From Amphiscolops sp. MND2022 (Eukaryota), in contig OZ076409.1 of the NCBI GenBank assembly GCA_964187785.1, positions 98,892,001-98,956,000 of the forward strand: a stretch of 64,000 bases of DNA. Direction: 5' to 3'. Shown here in pieces: positions 45,236-57,660 of this stretch. Made by a program: the position numbers and the translations under genes. The notes under the pieces are model-generated. The model saw only the letters and a program-made list of their open reading frames with translations, did no database searches and was not told the origin of the DNA. Every line of letters begins with the position of its first letter. The first letter of the stretch is position 1.

Positions 45236-45819
45236 TCCTTTTCTCCTTGTTTTATGTTCTTGTCGCTGGCAAATGACATTTCGAAACCTTATTAAAGTTT
45301 GTTTTCAGTGATCCCCATAAAATTAGTAAAGACATTGTGAACCTAATGGTGCAATTATTTCGAAAAGAGCTAGTGACAAAAACTGTTTTTTGGATTTTTT
45401 GTTGGTTGACCTCCATATATTGGGCTTGGAATTTTTTTGGTTGACCTCCATACCAACTACAAGTATATCAAAAAAGTCATTTATGGTGATGCATTAAATC
45501 GTACAAGACGTAAAAGGACCATATAGAAAAATGAGGATAAAGAAATAGACAGAAAAAGAAATAACATACTATGATGGTAAACGAAAAGTAAACATGTTTT
45601 TCATAACATGTCCTTGTCTAAAACCAATGGTTTCCTCGTAATTTCTGGAAAACATGTTTTTTTTACTGTCAACAAAAAGTACATTCAAATCGAAGTTCCA
45701 CGGAAAAAGTGCCAATGGGGTCAACTTTCACCAAAAAGCATGGTTGAAAACAATAAAATTTAGAGGATTTGGTTTTCTGTTTGTATTTTGTCAAAGTCTG
45801 AAAAAATTGTTTCCTGTAG

Positions 45820-46388
45820 TCTCAAAAGAAAACGTGTCTGACTCGCATAGTGGCGAGTTTTTTTATCAAATGACAATCTCACACTGATTAGTCCACTTTT
45901 TGTACATTCTCTGCCAGGCACTTTTGCGGCGGTCATGGCCCAGCACGCTATATCCGAAGGTTTGACGTTATTTCAGAAGTTGCGTTTCACTGAAGAGGAG
46001 GTGGGCGTTCAAAAAGATTGCCCTGTCTCTGAATAGGTTTGGCGTTCTATCCGAACTATACTGCGTTCTACTACGAAGGAGGCTAAGGTTCGAAATAAAG
46101 CGCTCCCATTCGGCCCAGCTCGTTAGATTCAAATTTTTGACCTTAAATCCGAAGTAAATTGTATTCTAGAGAGAAGCGAAACCCTTGCACTGTGTCCCAA
46201 TTTTGGCTTTTTGAGATCAGCAAACTGACACAATTCTATGAACATTTTTTCGGGGTAACTTAGTACCATTTACTTGCCACTTGTTTGGTGATCCTATGAT
46301 TGAACGATTTTTTTATCAAAAACGCCTAGAAAATTTTTTCAAAACTTTGCTCGTTTTGAGCCATAAGCGAGGCACCGACTTTGCACTA
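45820..46388 (+). mobile_element. Diverged HINE-like copy, 3' hairpin apparently split by the hAT insertion
   Basis: Shares CAGCACGCTATATCCGAA body with 62885-63753; ends TTTTGAGCC...GGCACCGACTT; TCTTGTC resumes at 48094. Confidence 0.55.
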
Positions 46389-48093
46389 CAAGGTTGCAAA
46401 ATAACACAATTTGAGCAGAAAACGTTTTAAACGTTTGAAACGTTTTGAATATGTTTCAAACAAAAATAAACACATTTACAAACATTTTTTGACATTTACA
46501 ATCAGTTTTTTTTCATGCCAAGTTGGTTTTGTAAGTCATCTTCAATAAAAACCCATTTAACTCAAACCTCTTTCGAGAGCCGCTGAGCTGGGGTATAGCT
46601 ATTCGATCGTCAGTGCCAGCTGTCCGAGGTGCTATGGCATGTTTTCCAAAGTGAAGTTGTGTTCCGGAAAATCGACTCTCTTCTTCTGCGAACATGTTTC
46701 ATTTCTTCTTCCAAAATATCAGCATTATTAGCAATAAAATTGACGATGGCGTCACTGAATTCAGGGTGGGTGTTCTTTATCCAATTGATAGCTTTTTGCG
46801 TCCACTAATTGTCAGTTCTCTCCAAGATAAGACGGACATACCAAGCAAAATGGTAACCATGAATCCGGAATTTAAGAATTGTAGCGATTCTCCGAAAATT
46901 GAACCCGTGGGTTCGTCAGATTGTATAAAATACAAAGATTAGGAGATTGGCTGGAGAAAGGAGTAGGCATCTTTTGCATTTTTGTAAGGTTTGATGTCTT
47001 TAAGATTTCTTGATATTCTGCACCAGTTGAGTTCTGAAATTTCTCTGCGTTTTGTTCAATATTTTGCTTGAGGAACGTCCAAGATTTGAGCTACCAATCA
47101 ACAAGTTGCATACAGCTGCTCCAGGTTTTTATGTTTATTCAGGATTTAGGTTTCCAAAAAATAGGAAAAAGTTACTAGTTCTTTGATAACAGCATCTGGT
47201 TGTAAGTCTTTTGCCAGTAGATTAAGCTGGTGAGCTGCACATCCATAAGCAATAACAGAAGGTTCACGTTCAAGTATTCTGTAGTTCACGTTCATGTTCC
47301 ACAGTTGTATTCAACTTTGATTTTGATCATGTTTTCGATAACTTCTTCACATAAAACAACCGAGTAAGTCTGTGATCGCTTAAATCTTCTACGGACACAT
47401 CGAACGTTTTGTTGCCACTTTGTACGCAGAATCCCAAAATGGATACTTTGTTGACAATGCTCCAACAGTTGACCGACAGTCTAACAGCCTCGTTGACTGA
47501 CAGTGCCTTGAGTTTGTTGAAAATAGAATCCAGAAGGTGACCCGAAACTTCTTCTTGTTTAGGCGGAAAACAATCTAGGAGGAAGTAGACCACTGAACAT
47601 TTGTTGAAATTCACGACTTTGGCGACAAGTCGAACCAGCTTTCGTTCGGTGTCAGTTGCTGGCGGTTTTGGTTTTCGATCAAACTTGTTTTGGTTTTCGT
47701 TCAGGTAACTCAGACCTAACAACCGATTTTGTGTGATATTCGTTGAAATGTTTTTTTATACGTGCAACCAAACCGGCCATTTCCAGTTTACAGTAGTTAC
47801 AAGTTGCGCGATCGCCATTTTGCGTGTACTCACACCATTTGACATCTCGCTTTCTACCGGTTGTTGAACGCAGCATTGTTAATCTGAAATCAAATCTGAG
47901 AAATTTCTTGTACTCGAGTAATTTTGACAAATCATGAAGCACCTAGCTCAGTAACTCGGCTGTCAACGTTTCAAGTACAAAATTCGAGTTTTAATCACGT
48001 TTTAATCGAGTTTTATTCAAATTGTTTTGATCACGTTTGAAACATGATTAAATCTTTTGTAAAACACGCCGTCTTTTAAACACTACAACCCTA
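46389..48093 (-). mobile_element. Decayed hAT DNA transposon
   Basis: Imperfect TIRs CAAGGTTGCA / TACAACCCTA around a transposase relic; no clear 8-bp TSD. Confidence 0.75.
46513..47876 (-). pseudogene. hAT transposase pseudogene with BED zinc finger
   Basis: W...ATCNYC...RIKKH (BED), AYGCAAHQLNLLAKD (CxxH motif, 47230-47241), PSSAALERGLS*MGF (dimerisation domain, ~46570-46592); many frameshifts and stops. Confidence 0.88.
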
Positions 48094-49225
48094 TCTTGTC
48101 AGCAGCAATTCCAACAGGGGTGATAAATAACCCCACACTAATTACTGAAAAACAACTTCGTAAAGAATTTTCCTTCTGTTCCAGAAAACTTGAAAATAAA
48201 AACGATTTTAAGTTGTAATTGTTTGAATTGATGGACCAAATCTACATGCTTAATATCGAAGTGAAGATATTTCAGACACTGTTCTTAGATTGCAACGTTA
48301 CTTCCTCCCCCGTACTTTTTTGGCTCCAAAACTGATACCAGAACGCTTTTTTTGGAGTTATTTAGGACTAAAAAGATCTTTGTTGGCTCAGAAGCGCAGA
48401 TATGTACTTTGAGTTCTGACTATGCTCCCTTGTTGAGAAAAAATCCAATCCTTGAAAGGATTTTGCAAGATCCTTTCTCATATTCCATTCCTTGTAAATG
48501 CAGTCTCATAAGAAAATTTATTCCTTGAAACAATGTAGAAATGAAATTAGTTTGCTTACAAGAATCTTGCAAGATCTTTTCAAGAAACGCAATGCAATCA
48601 AGATTATCGGAAGAAACGCATTTTAGGCAAAGATATTGCAAGCAACTCGTTTTTCCCAAGGCTGCAACCCATTTTCCCCCCATGATCAAAATTTAAAAAA
48701 AAAACATGTTTCAAACTGGTTGAATCCGAAGTGAAGTTTTCCCCATAACAGGAAGCTAACTTCTATTGGAATAGTTCTTTGTTTCAACAAAAACATTTTT
48801 CACACATTTTGACCGTGAATATGCTGTAAATTATTGCACCGTTTTTTCGTGACTCAAAACAGGAAGCTGTTGAGTGTCCATCAAGAATGCGTGACTTCAT
48901 AGCGTGAACAAAAATAGCGTGAACAAAAAAATAATATCTGAATTCTAAACTATCATTCTAAGAATAAACATAAAAGTAAAGGTTTCTAATTTAGTTCTAA
49001 GTCTTTCTATTTTAATATTCTAGCAAAAAATTCCCAAAAAAATTGGTGCTGGGAGGGGGGCAGAAAAGAACCGGTAATTTTGTGGACAGTCTTCTATGAC
49101 TAATGAATATTCCATAAATTCCCGCTTACGGTTCTTGACTTGGCTGATAACATGACGAGCAATGGATCGTGGATTGACGACCTTGGTAGGGTGATAGGGA
49201 GTTTTGCCGAACGGTAATAAAGTGG

Positions 49226-49725
49226 AACAAGACGAGAACGTCTAAAGTCGGCGCCATGTCTAAGGCTCAAAAAGCGCAAAACAATTTTTTGGAAAAAAAC
49301 TTAAAATTTTTGAAAATTTTTTTCTTTCAAAAAAAGTCGCATAGTGCCGAAAAATGTAAAAGGGGGACCCTTCTGGATTTATTAACATACATTCCGTTGC
49401 AAAACATCAAAAACCTCGAAGGGGGGACCCTTTGGGGACATTTAAAAATTTTCAAAAAAAAGCCGCACAGTGCCAAAAAAAATCCAAAGGGGGACCCTTT
49501 AGGCACGTCCGGTTTTGTGGGTTTCCTTGAAAAAGTAAATAAAAAGTAAAAAACCAAAGGGGGGACCCTTTGGAATAACTTAGATGCGTTTCCGGGGTAT
49601 TCGTTTAGTTTCCTTTAGTTGAAGATACTGAACGTTAACGTTCGTCGCTTCGAGTCTGTCTTAAATAAAAAAAACGAGTGACTGTAATAGTCGGGCTCTT
49701 TTATTAATAAAAGCGCCGACTAAAA
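49226..49725 (-). mobile_element. HINE/DINE-1-like element, complete
   Basis: AACAAGACGAGAACGTCTAAAGTCGGCGCC ... AGTCGGGC...AAGCGCCGACTAAAA; four GGGGGACCCTT repeats. Confidence 0.8.
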
Positions 49726-50654
49726 AGATCATGGCAGAAACGAATTGAATTCTCAATTGTGATTGGTCGCTCCGTTCGACGGTGAGCTTTGAATTATGAA
49801 ACTATTATGTCGTCCCTTTGCAACCGATCGAGTGAATGAAAGTCAAAGCATGCATTTTTTCTATATTACCATTTGGTTATATTATCCAGTGGCTAGAATC
49901 ATGGTTACCACTTAGTAGCAGTGGGCACGAAGTTTACTACGTTATAATAACTATAAAATCAACGGTGTTTTTTTTCATTTTGCACTGAATTTTCATCATA
50001 AATTTGAATAAAAAGCTGGTGATAAATTGCCAAAAAGTGCAGTGGTGAATTTTTACTGCTGCCGTGAAAACTAAGGTTGAAGAATTCGATGTATATTTTA
50101 TGGCAATTAGAAATCATAAACCGCCAGTGAAGAATAATATTGTTCAATTTCATTCAAAGCAAACTTCCAAAGTTTTGGCACTTGCGTCCTAAAAGAGCCC
50201 TAAATTGATGACAGGTTGTCCCAATATTGGAAATTCATCAAAAACTCTTTCAATATTTAAAACTAGATTGTAATTCTGAACGTGACAGAACATTTGATTG
50301 CGATTAATTAAATCGTCAATTTTTTTAAAAAAAACGAAGCTAAAACTTTCACAGACTTGATCCTGGATGTAATAGATATATAATGTATTTAAATATATTG
50401 ACAATAAAAATCATTTTATGATAAAAGGACCACGTCATCTATTTTCCCCCCAAACTGCGGCGGGGGGAATAAGACAGAAGGTTCAAATACCATTATGTCG
50501 ACATAGTTTGCGTTGAAATTTTGGGGGAAATAGATGACATGGTCCAAATAAAAAATACGTATTTCTAAATTTGTACAATGTAATGTATTCCGATTTATTT
50601 GTGTTTTGGACCAATCTATTTTGATGTTCATTTTGATTTGGGTAAGTATTTACA

Positions 50655-51100
50655 CAAATTTATGATAATGATCTTATACGCGAAATTCACGAAACTCGAT
50701 TTAATTTATCGGCCAACTGTTATAGAGTATTCAGATTTAGTTACTAGTCGTGTAGAAAATCGATTCCTTCAATTTTTTCCTCACACAATATTGGACCATT
50801 TAATATATAACAATTCCCTTAAAAAAGGTGCGAAAGTGTAAAAAATGGAATGGAGAGTAAAAAGTCCCTAAATAAATGATGCTTTAATAGCCAAACGGTA
50901 TTTTTCAAAACGTAAATGTACTTGATAGTTGCTGGCTAACAATAAATATATTAAATGGTCCAATATTGTGTGAGGAAAAAAATTGAATGAATCGATTTTC
51001 TACACGACTAGTAACTAACTCTGAATACTCTATAACAGTTGGCCGATAAATTAAATTGAATTTCGTGAATTTCGCGTATAAGATCATAATCATAAATTTG
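50655..51100. repeat. Inverted repeat, ~155-bp arms (50655-50808, 50946-51100) with ~137-bp spacer
   Basis: Arms are near-exact reverse complements; mirrored peptides MIMILYAKFTK appear on both strands of the ORF track. Confidence 0.9.
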
Positions 51101-51364
51101 AAAGAAATTTCTGAAGCATGATGTTGAACTGATTATTAATTTGTTGTTAGAAAAATGAAAGCTTTCATTTGTTTTTTGAATTATCAGAAGATAACTTTTA
51201 ATGCTTTCCATTATATTAAGGTATAAGGAAGAGAAACCGGGAAAATTTTTCAATCCTAAAATTTTGTCGCAATTTTTGTATGTAGCACCTAGTTCATCTG
51301 ATGTTCTTTCTAGATACCGGGTCCACTGACGAGCTTTGTTAAAGCTTCACTCATTGAATACTCA

Positions 51365-52075
51365 GTTAAATTAACAGCAGTCTTCTAAAATATCGCAATT
51401 CCATTGCTCAAAATGGCAAAGTTCAAAACCAATAACTCGTGAACTGTCGCGAATACAAACAATTGTCAGCTAGAAAAGTTTTTTTAGAAATTATCTGGTT
51501 TACAGAAATGTTTGTTTGAAATTTCTACGACCCATATTGAGGAAATTAAAAATGTAACAAATATAATTAAATTTCAATTGAAATTTGAATTTTTTGATAT
51601 TTGAAAGGTTTGAATTCAACTTTTTGTTTGAAATCAGAACAAATGTACTCTATTTTGTGTCTATGAACACTGCAAGACATGTATTAAGATAGGCTATAAA
51701 AATTGTATTTAGAGAATTGATGTTTTTTTTGAAATCGAAAAAGTATTCCAATCAAATTATTCCGGCATCCTCGGAAGATTTGGGGGCAATTTATCCACCA
51801 AATGTTTTTATAAAACATTTTTTCAACATGTGAAAGTCGAGAAAAAGTGCAAATTTGATAAGATTGTGTCAAACTTTACAATTGCTAACATTTGTAACTT
51901 TTATCGCAGAAAGCTGATTCAAATATTTCTGAAAACGACAAAAAATTCTGGGAACCTTTCCTAACTGACAATTTGTTGTATTCTTGAAAGTTTTCTAGAT
52001 ATTGGGATTCAAAAATTGCAATTTTAAGCAATGGAGTTGCGATATTTTAGAACGCTGAATGAGAATTGAATTAAC
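51365..52075. mobile_element. MITE-like element with ~150-bp diverged TIRs
   Basis: TTCTAAAATATCGCAATTCCATTGCT / AGCAATGGAGTTGCGATATTTTAGAA and further matching blocks inward. Confidence 0.6.
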
Positions 52076-54380
52076 GTACTAAATAGGAGTACAGTTCCGT
52101 GCAAGAAATGCACGTGCAAAATTACCAAATTAACAAATGTCTGAGTAGCAAAAGACTATGCGGCCGAGTACTGTACTTTAGAACGCTACTGTATTTCGAT
52201 GCGTGGCTATTTTCACATCACAAATTTCAAGGCCAATCGAATTTTTGAGGATTAGGAATCATGGCAATTAAAAACATCAAACCGGAAAGTACTACTGGGC
52301 GTGGCAATGGGGCTAGGGGAGAACCTAAAAGCAAGGAAAACGAGCATCAGGCTATGCGGTAGCAAGTACCGTTGGAACCATGGGATATAGAAAAGAACCA
52401 TGTGTCCTACCCCCCCCCCAAAGCGGCCGCAGGAGAGAAGTAAGGCACAAGGTTCAAATACCAAATGTCGACATAGTTTGCGTTGAATTTTTAGTCCAAT
52501 AAGTAAATGATCCATTCCCATCCATGTAACATAATCCTATCCATTACATTGACTGGCATTTAAAAGTTGCTCATTAGATTTTAAAGCAGATAAAATTTGC
52601 GTTGAAATAGGGGCCTTTTCATATGATTTTAGCTTGTTCCATGCGTGAATTTTTGGTATTTTGGACAATATTATCAAAAAATTAGGGTAGAACACATGGT
52701 CCAAAAAAGGTAATGTATCTATGTGTCTTCGAATTTCTCAGAAAAGACACCGATTACTGGAATAAGTCGCCCGATATGCTGTTTCTTGTTACAATCATCC
52801 GGTGCAATAGTCTTCTAAGTTGGATTACCAAAAAGTCAACCCAAGAAATTCAACATGAGAAAATGCATAAAATTTGGATCATAATTCTCAAAGACTTCTT
52901 GCATAAACTTCATTTCACTTTCGACGAAAGTTGTGCTCAATAGCTTGACGAAAAGGAGTTGACAGTTATTATAGTAGAAGCTGAATGAAGTTGTAACGCT
53001 TGGAGTTTTAATTTTATAGAATGTAAAATTAAATAAGGCATTGATATAATCAAGTGTGAACATAAATAAACCAAATTCATAATTAGTTAACTGAATGAGG
53101 CGTACTGAGTAATTTCTTTACCAGTTAACTCATTTAGGTATGAGGTGCGGAAGTGGGATGAATTTTCCTGTGTTGAGATATTTACGTTGAATTTTCCGTA
53201 ACTTGGAAATTTTATATTTCAGAGAAAAGTTAGAGAAAAATGGAATCTTTAATTTTTGCAGTTACAGGAATTTTCGTCTATGCAATTCCAACCTATGCAA
53301 TTTCAACTGTTGAAAATTTCAATCTAGTCCCTTTTCAACCTTCCGCATTTTCGACCTATACTAGTTTTGGCTAATTACTTCTAATTCGGTAAATGTATTA
53401 CTTCAGTACAAAATACAGAAATAAATAAACCAGCTTTAATTATGTGTAATTGTTCATTAAAAACATCAAAACTGGCGAGAGATTAACAGGCTCGAATTTA
53501 GAAATCTGTGAGAATGAAAACCACCTAAAATAATTTTGATCCATTAGCCAAAATTAGTTAAGGTCGAAATTGCGGAAGTTTGAAACTGCAACAGTGTGAG
53601 ATAGCCAGCGACTGGTGCGATAATTAAAAGTTAGCAAGGCGCAAATATTACGTAATTGAAAAGCGTCCATACTATGAGATAGAAGTGTTGCATTTGCATT
53701 GACAATGATTCTTGTTATGCAATTATGACAGCATAATTTACTCAATTTGCACAACTTTTGACTCAAATGTACTAGAGACTTGAACTTTGGTACAATTAAC
53801 AATTCAACAACGCTGATTTTATTAACATTGGAATTGAGCTGTTTCAAGGAAAATTATTGAACTGTTTGCTATCGGTACCCATTTGAATTGTATTTTGCAA
53901 CCCTACGGCATACGTTAAGAACAAAAAATTTCTATACTTTTTCTTTCCATGAAGGAATTAGTCCCTATCTGGCGAAGTTATCCGGTACATTCTAAATGAA
54001 GAAGGTGCCTACTTTTACAGTAATGTTTGGTCAAACATGAAAAAATAGCCTGTGAATGCAACTCCTCTTACTGACTGGACTCAACTCATTCTTCTAATTT
54101 GTTCGCTCAGTCCTACAAGACTGACTAATAATTTACTTCGTGTAAGCGGTCGCCGCCACTCTCGCAACACAGCAAGAGCAACGAACAGCTAATTCCCCGC
54201 TCGCGCAATGAAAGAAAGCAAACCGTGCTCACATTAAATTACGCACGGTGACCGCTGTCCAAATTATGAAAGCACATTCTTACAAAATAATAAAAGCGAT
54301 ACAAAACAGGAAATAAAGGAAAATAAAATGAAAACTATTGCAATGACTATTAAAATGTGAGTGATTATTTTCGATCAAAC

Positions 54381-55379
54381 TTACTTTCTCTTCCTGCTTT
54401 TTCTGGCGGATACCGAAATGTTTTTCACCAAGTTAGGACACCACTTTTCCAGATATTCAGCGTGCTGATACATTTCTGAGTGAGGTTCCAATTCAAAACA
54501 CCACTTTTTGAATTTGTCGAAACCTCCCAGTCGGAACTGTTCACGCCAACGTTCCTTCGTCCCTCCGTGTGAAAAATTATCAAATAACTGAACAATCAGA
54601 TTTTCACTACTGATATTACAGCAATCCCATCCCGCTAGAATTGTTGTTGTTCGCAAATCAAAGGTTAACACAGAATGAGTCGTTAGGTGAGGAACGTAAA
54701 GTAAATCCCCTGGACGCTGGACGGGGAAAGGAATACCAGCTGCCTCTTTCTCGCGCAGCGCTCTTTGCATGCGATGAATGAAGTCGAGCGGCGTCTGTAG
54801 TGAATGTTCCAATAAAACAGCCGCGTTTAACGAAGAATAGGAAAGGCACCAAATCTTAATCCCGTTCAATAAATAGGCGAATCCAGCTGCACCCCCTACT
54901 TCTACGTGACCTGGAGAAAACCACGAACCGCGAGTAACAAGAGCGGTACTTTCAGTGACTCGCTGGTCGATAAAGCATGCGGGGTCGATACAATAATCGT
55001 ATAGCACTGTACTAGATAAAAAATTGGGAAAATCTAACGGTTTTGTCTGCATATATAGAATAGGATGACGAACATCTGTAATAACTCGTTCCCACGATAC
55101 TCGTCCTAGTTCCAGGTAATTCTTTACCACACCTCGGGGACACGTGATGGATGAAGGTAGAAAACATGCATCTTAAGTCGAAATTGCACTTAGGTCAACA
55201 TTCGAAAACGACGGAACACGTGACCAATGTGGGTGGGTAATTTTAGTGTCACTTTCATTAATTTCTACAAGTAAAAGCGGAAGTAAATTCGAATATTCAT
55301 TCACGAAGGGAATGCTACGAGTCTCAAACGACACAGAAGAAACAGGGCAGATTAGTAACTGACTTATCCATTGAATCAA
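54381..55379 (-). pseudogene. Intronless JmjC-domain (2OG/Fe dioxygenase) ORF, in-frame stop at 55173-55175, start codon not evident
   Basis: SPGHVEVGG (HxE), LLNGIKIWC, VQRPGDLLYVP, THSVLT (distal His), basic tail RKSRKRK; ORFs 55173..55379 and 54381..55130 share one frame. Confidence 0.85.
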
Positions 55380-55843
55380 ACAACGTATGTGAGCTAGTGT
55401 ATTTGAGTGGAGTAACGGAAATTATGACACACGTCAGCACGGATGACTACAGAGTGTGTGTCACGTGCACATGCAATCTACGCGGATAATTGGAAAGCGA
55501 TGGACTTGTGCGATCTCCAAATTAAGGATGTGGATATTTTTATTGTGAATTAGCCAGGGAACGAACTAAAACCGCCGCCAGCATGAAGTAACGTCAAATG
55601 ATGCGACTGCAGAACAAAATTTTTATGTATTAATTTTTGACTTTCTAATTTCCCCCGATTGCACAATTTTCGACATATCGACGTGACATTCGAGCGAGTG
55701 TTTCATCAAAGGTAGTTCTATCGATCGTTAGAGCCACTTTTGCTATTTTAATGAGAAAATTCGAATTATATCCCATTTTTAAAGTCTATAAGTATCCTCC
55801 CATGCCATATTTTACATAATGGAAGAAAATTCACTCAATATTA

Positions 55844-56587
55844 TGTAGTACAAATGCAACGACGTGCAAGAAAGGGAATCATGACTTTCAGGGGAAACTG
55901 ATATATTTTTTTAAAAGGGGAAACAGTCCAACGAGGCGCTTGAATGAGAAATACTCACTCCATGTGACCAGTGATGCCGCGAACTATAAACGACACGACG
56001 CGCGACGTTGAATTTGCAAATACGAGAGTAGTTGTACGCACGCAAGCGTCGCGCGGTCAATGAATTGATGTAGAAGGGATTTAAAACGCTGCTCACGTGA
56101 TAACCCGAGTCATGGAAAGGACTTCAGAAGTAAAGAGGGACTGATAGGCGGCAAGGGACAGACACGAATAAAAAGAAACAGTTGTCGCGAGATGACTGAC
56201 TACGACTGAGACCTGCGAAATGAGGGACGCGAGAAAAAAATAAACGGTACAAGCGGAACGGAACAGGCTAGAGAGTAGGCACCTGAAACAAATAGCAGAG
56301 TTGATATTGTGGAAATTTAGTAGTTTTGTGACGAAAAATTGCATCTTTTCCACAGATATCTGTTTTGATACCAGTAAAGCCTATTACCGAGTGTGAGTAA
56401 AGTGTTGTTTTATAAACCAAATATTGTAATACCTACCGTTACTTCACGTACCTGTATACCATTATTTTCGTTGCAAATAAATCTTTCGAGATTGTAGTTT
56501 TATCTTCGCGATCGGAGCTCTGTGAGACCAAATTCAAGCAGTTCGAGGGAACACTGGGGCATAAATTTTGCAAATGAGTCCACCACA
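55844..56587 (+). repeat. LTR-like block (744 bp)
   Basis: TGTAGTA...CACCACA imperfect inverted termini, TATAAA at 55986, AATAAA at 56476; no second copy, PPT or PBS visible. Confidence 0.45.
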
Positions 56588-56728
56588 ACCCTCTAAATAT
56601 TTTTGTGGAGAGAAATCACTTTTTACCTCGAGAGAAACGAGTTCTCAGGGTTGGTCAAAAGAAAGACGACCCATTTCACTCACAGTGATTTTCTACAAAT
56701 AGGTTAAAATTGTGAGCAGTTGAAATGG

Positions 56729-57660
56729 GGCATAGCGACAACTCATATCAAGCGACAACTGATATCAATTTGGAAAAGCGACAACTCATATCAAGCGATA
56801 ACTCATATCAAATAGGAAAAAGCGACAACTCATCAGGTTTGCCAATGGGTTACAAATACCTGCATTGAACTTCAACAACATTATATGCAATTGAAAATTC
56901 TAGTTTATTGATAATTATCTCGCAATTTAGGCACTCTAGCCACCACAATTATTTTCTCCGCAACCCTTTGACGAAGGTGTGATAAAGAAATGGATATCCA
57001 TGAATCTTGATATTCATGAAGAAATTTTGTTACTATTTCATAATTTCTAATAAATACTTGTCAATTATCTAATTTTCTCCAATTATCTAATGAACTATTT
57101 GGAAGAATTTTTCCTATATATATTCGCTTTTTCAAATTGATATGAGTTGTCGCCAGGGGTGTTCAATAAATAATTATGGGTAAGAATAATTATAATAAAT
57201 AAAATAAAATAATTTATTTTTTCACTCAAAGGAATAAAAATAATTATATTTGGACCTCTTAAAATAAAAATAATTATTCCTGAGATAACTAAAACTAAAA
57301 GCGCTTAATTCAACATATCGTCAGCCAATTAAATTCGGAAATACAGAAATCTTGAGCTAATTTCTAGAAATACCTTTGTTAAGTACTTTGGGCTACTGAC
57401 TCAAAAGGTCGTTAAGTTTAAATCAACTTAAATCAACTCAAGTTTTTGTTGATATCCATTTATGCTGAGAATAATAATTATTATTTTAGCAAAAAAATTA
57501 ATAAAATTATTTTTTTTCCACCCTGAAACTAAAATAATTTATTTTCAAGCAATAATAATATTCGAATAAAATATTGAACACCCCTGGTTGTCGCCTGATA
57601 CGAGTTGTCGCTTTTTCAAATTGATATGAGTTGTCGCTTGATATGACTTGTCGCCGTACG
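56729..57660. mobile_element. Mutator-like MITE with GCGACAACTCATATCAA subterminal arrays (duplicated at 58843-59774)
   Basis: Inverted arrays at both ends; 10-bp direct repeat GTTGAAATGG at 56719-56728 and 57661-57670. Confidence 0.7.
57154..57586. mobile_element. hAT-type MITE (433 bp), copy 1
   Basis: Perfect 15-bp TIR CAGGGGTGTTCAATA / TATTGAACACCCCTG and 8-bp TSD GTTGTCGC. Confidence 0.92.

Larger units (their letters stand above)
53905..56587. mobile_element. 2.7-kb insert carrying a JmjC ORF and an LTR-like block
   Basis: ACCCT on both sides (53900-53904, 56588-56592; extendable to CAACCCT); interrupts the MITE 53260-57709. Confidence 0.5.

Noticed and set aside
48427..48662. Small CCCT-ended MITE with TTGCAAGA repeats
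   Set aside because: Termini too degenerate and no TSD; not called
55844..56587. Simple solo LTR
   Set aside because: Immediate flanks TATTA and ACCCT do not match, so no solo-LTR TSD
56729..57660. GCGACAACTCATATCAA repeats as a CRISPR array
   Set aside because: No unique constant-length spacers, inverted at the two ends, eukaryotic MITE context, no cas genes
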